The position numbers and the translations under genes were made by a program. From assembly GCA_035504415.1 (NCBI GenBank), contig DATJRY010000017.1, positions 461,263-525,262 on the forward strand: 64,000 bases of DNA, read 5' to 3'. The stretch's first letter is position 1. Each line of letters starts with the position of its first letter. Source of the DNA: Candidatus Sulfotelmatobacter sp. Lineage in GTDB: Bacteria > Vulcanimicrobiota > Vulcanimicrobiia > Vulcanimicrobiales > Vulcanimicrobiaceae. A model generated the notes under the pieces. It made no database searches and was not told the DNA's origin. It saw only the letters and a program-made list of their open reading frames with translations. Shown piece after piece: positions 63,199 through 64,000 of the stretch.

Positions 63199-64000
63199 AT
63201 GCGCGCGATGATTCTCGCGGGCGGGATGAGCACGCGGCTCTACCCGCTCACCAAACAGGTCCCCAAGCCCCTCGTCCCGGTGGCCGGCGAACCGATCAGC
63301 GGGCACGTGATGCGCTGGCTCGCCTCGCACGGATACGACGAGGTCGCGATCAACACGTTCTACCTGGCCGACGCGGTCGAGGAGGCGTTCGGCGACGGCG
63401 GCGGCTACGGCACGCGGCTGCACTACCTGCGCGAGAAAGAGCTGACCGGGAGCGCCGGCGCGCTCAAACAGATGGAGGGCTGGTTCGCGGGCACCTTCGT
63501 CGTCGTCGGCTGCGACGATCTCACCGACGCCGACCTGACCGCGCTGGTGGCGTTCCACCAGCAGCGCGGCGCGTTGGCGACCATCGGCCTGGTCGAAGCG
63601 GAGGAAGTCGATCAGTACGGCGTCGTCATCCTCGACGGCGACGGCCGCATCACGGGCTTCCAGGAGAAGCCCGCGAAGGGGACGGAGCGCTCGAAGCTCG
63701 CCAACACCGGCATCTACGTCTTCGAGCCCGAGATCTTCGCGCGCATCCCCGCCGACACGTTCTACGACTTCGGCAAACAGGTGTTTCCGGAGCTGCTCGC
63801 CGACGGGCTGCCGTTTTACGGAATGCACTTGCGCGACGCATACTGGCGCGACGTCGGCACGCCGGACGAGTACCGGCGCGCCAACGACGACGTGCTCTCG
63901 GGGAAGGTCGTCGTGCGCGGCACGCGCGCGACCGGCGTGCCCGCCGACGTGCACGTGCCGGCCGATGCGCGGATCGAAGGCGACGTCCGCGTCGGCAACG
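63199..64000 (+). CDS. NDP-sugar synthase, second paralog; partial, runs off the window
   Basis: Manual translation: MRAMILAGGMSTRLYPLTKQVPKPLVPV...LTGSAGA...FQEKP...NTGIYVFEP. Confidence 0.92.
   Translation, partial: MRAMILAGGMSTRLYPLTKQVPKPLVPVAGEPISGHVMRWLASHGYDEVAINTFYLADAVEEAFGDGGGYGTRLHYLREKELTGSAGALKQMEGWFAGTFVVVGCDDLTDADLTALVAFHQQRGALATIGLVEAEEVDQYGVVILDGDGRITGFQEKPAKGTERSKLANTGIYVFEPEIFARIPADTFYDFGKQVFPELLADGLPFYGMHLRDAYWRDVGTPDEYRRANDDVLSGKVVVRGTRATGVPADVHVPADARIEGDVRVGN

Overview
A 64 kb piece of a high-GC bacterial chromosome. The lineage-style secreted proteins suggest Candidatus Eremiobacterota, but that is a guess from protein style and was not tested. 1-20.3 kb is mixed accessory/metabolic genes: amidohydrolase, USP, BON, Fpg/Nei, a SUV3-like helicase, a BlaI/M56 locus with a clear promoter and two operators, a PHB depolymerase, an EthA-like monooxygenase, a PrpD-MFS-decarboxylating dehydrogenase operon and a SET protein. 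20.3-28.8 kb holds the main finding: a fluoride (crcB) riboswitch at 28743-28804 (minus) leads a translationally coupled hydrogenase-4/Ehr-type operon (hyfC-hyfE-hyfF-large-small-hyfB-usp), followed by two DUF190 genes. The large subunit lacks both NiFe motifs, and the small subunit has lost 3 of 4 Fe-S cysteines, while the antiporter-like subunits keep their charged residues. No Fluc/CLC-F exporter is present in the window. 28.8-43.9 kb has a diguanylate cyclase, paoABC (paoB frameshifted), epoxide hydrolase, DUF4331, sulfatase, Fur, RRM and M23 genes. 43.97-50.75 kb is a decayed, integrase-less island in tRNA-Glu, bounded by a 20-bp att duplication and carrying ssb, DUF3223-HNH, Abi_C and HEPN cargo. 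An HNH endonuclease with tandem repeats runs into tRNA-Gln of the tRNA-Gln/Glu pair. 51.5-64 kb is core genome: NDP-sugar synthases, GT4, TetR, pcrA, dapB-asd-dapG-dapA and WecB/TagA. All family calls come from motif recognition by eye; no database searches were run.
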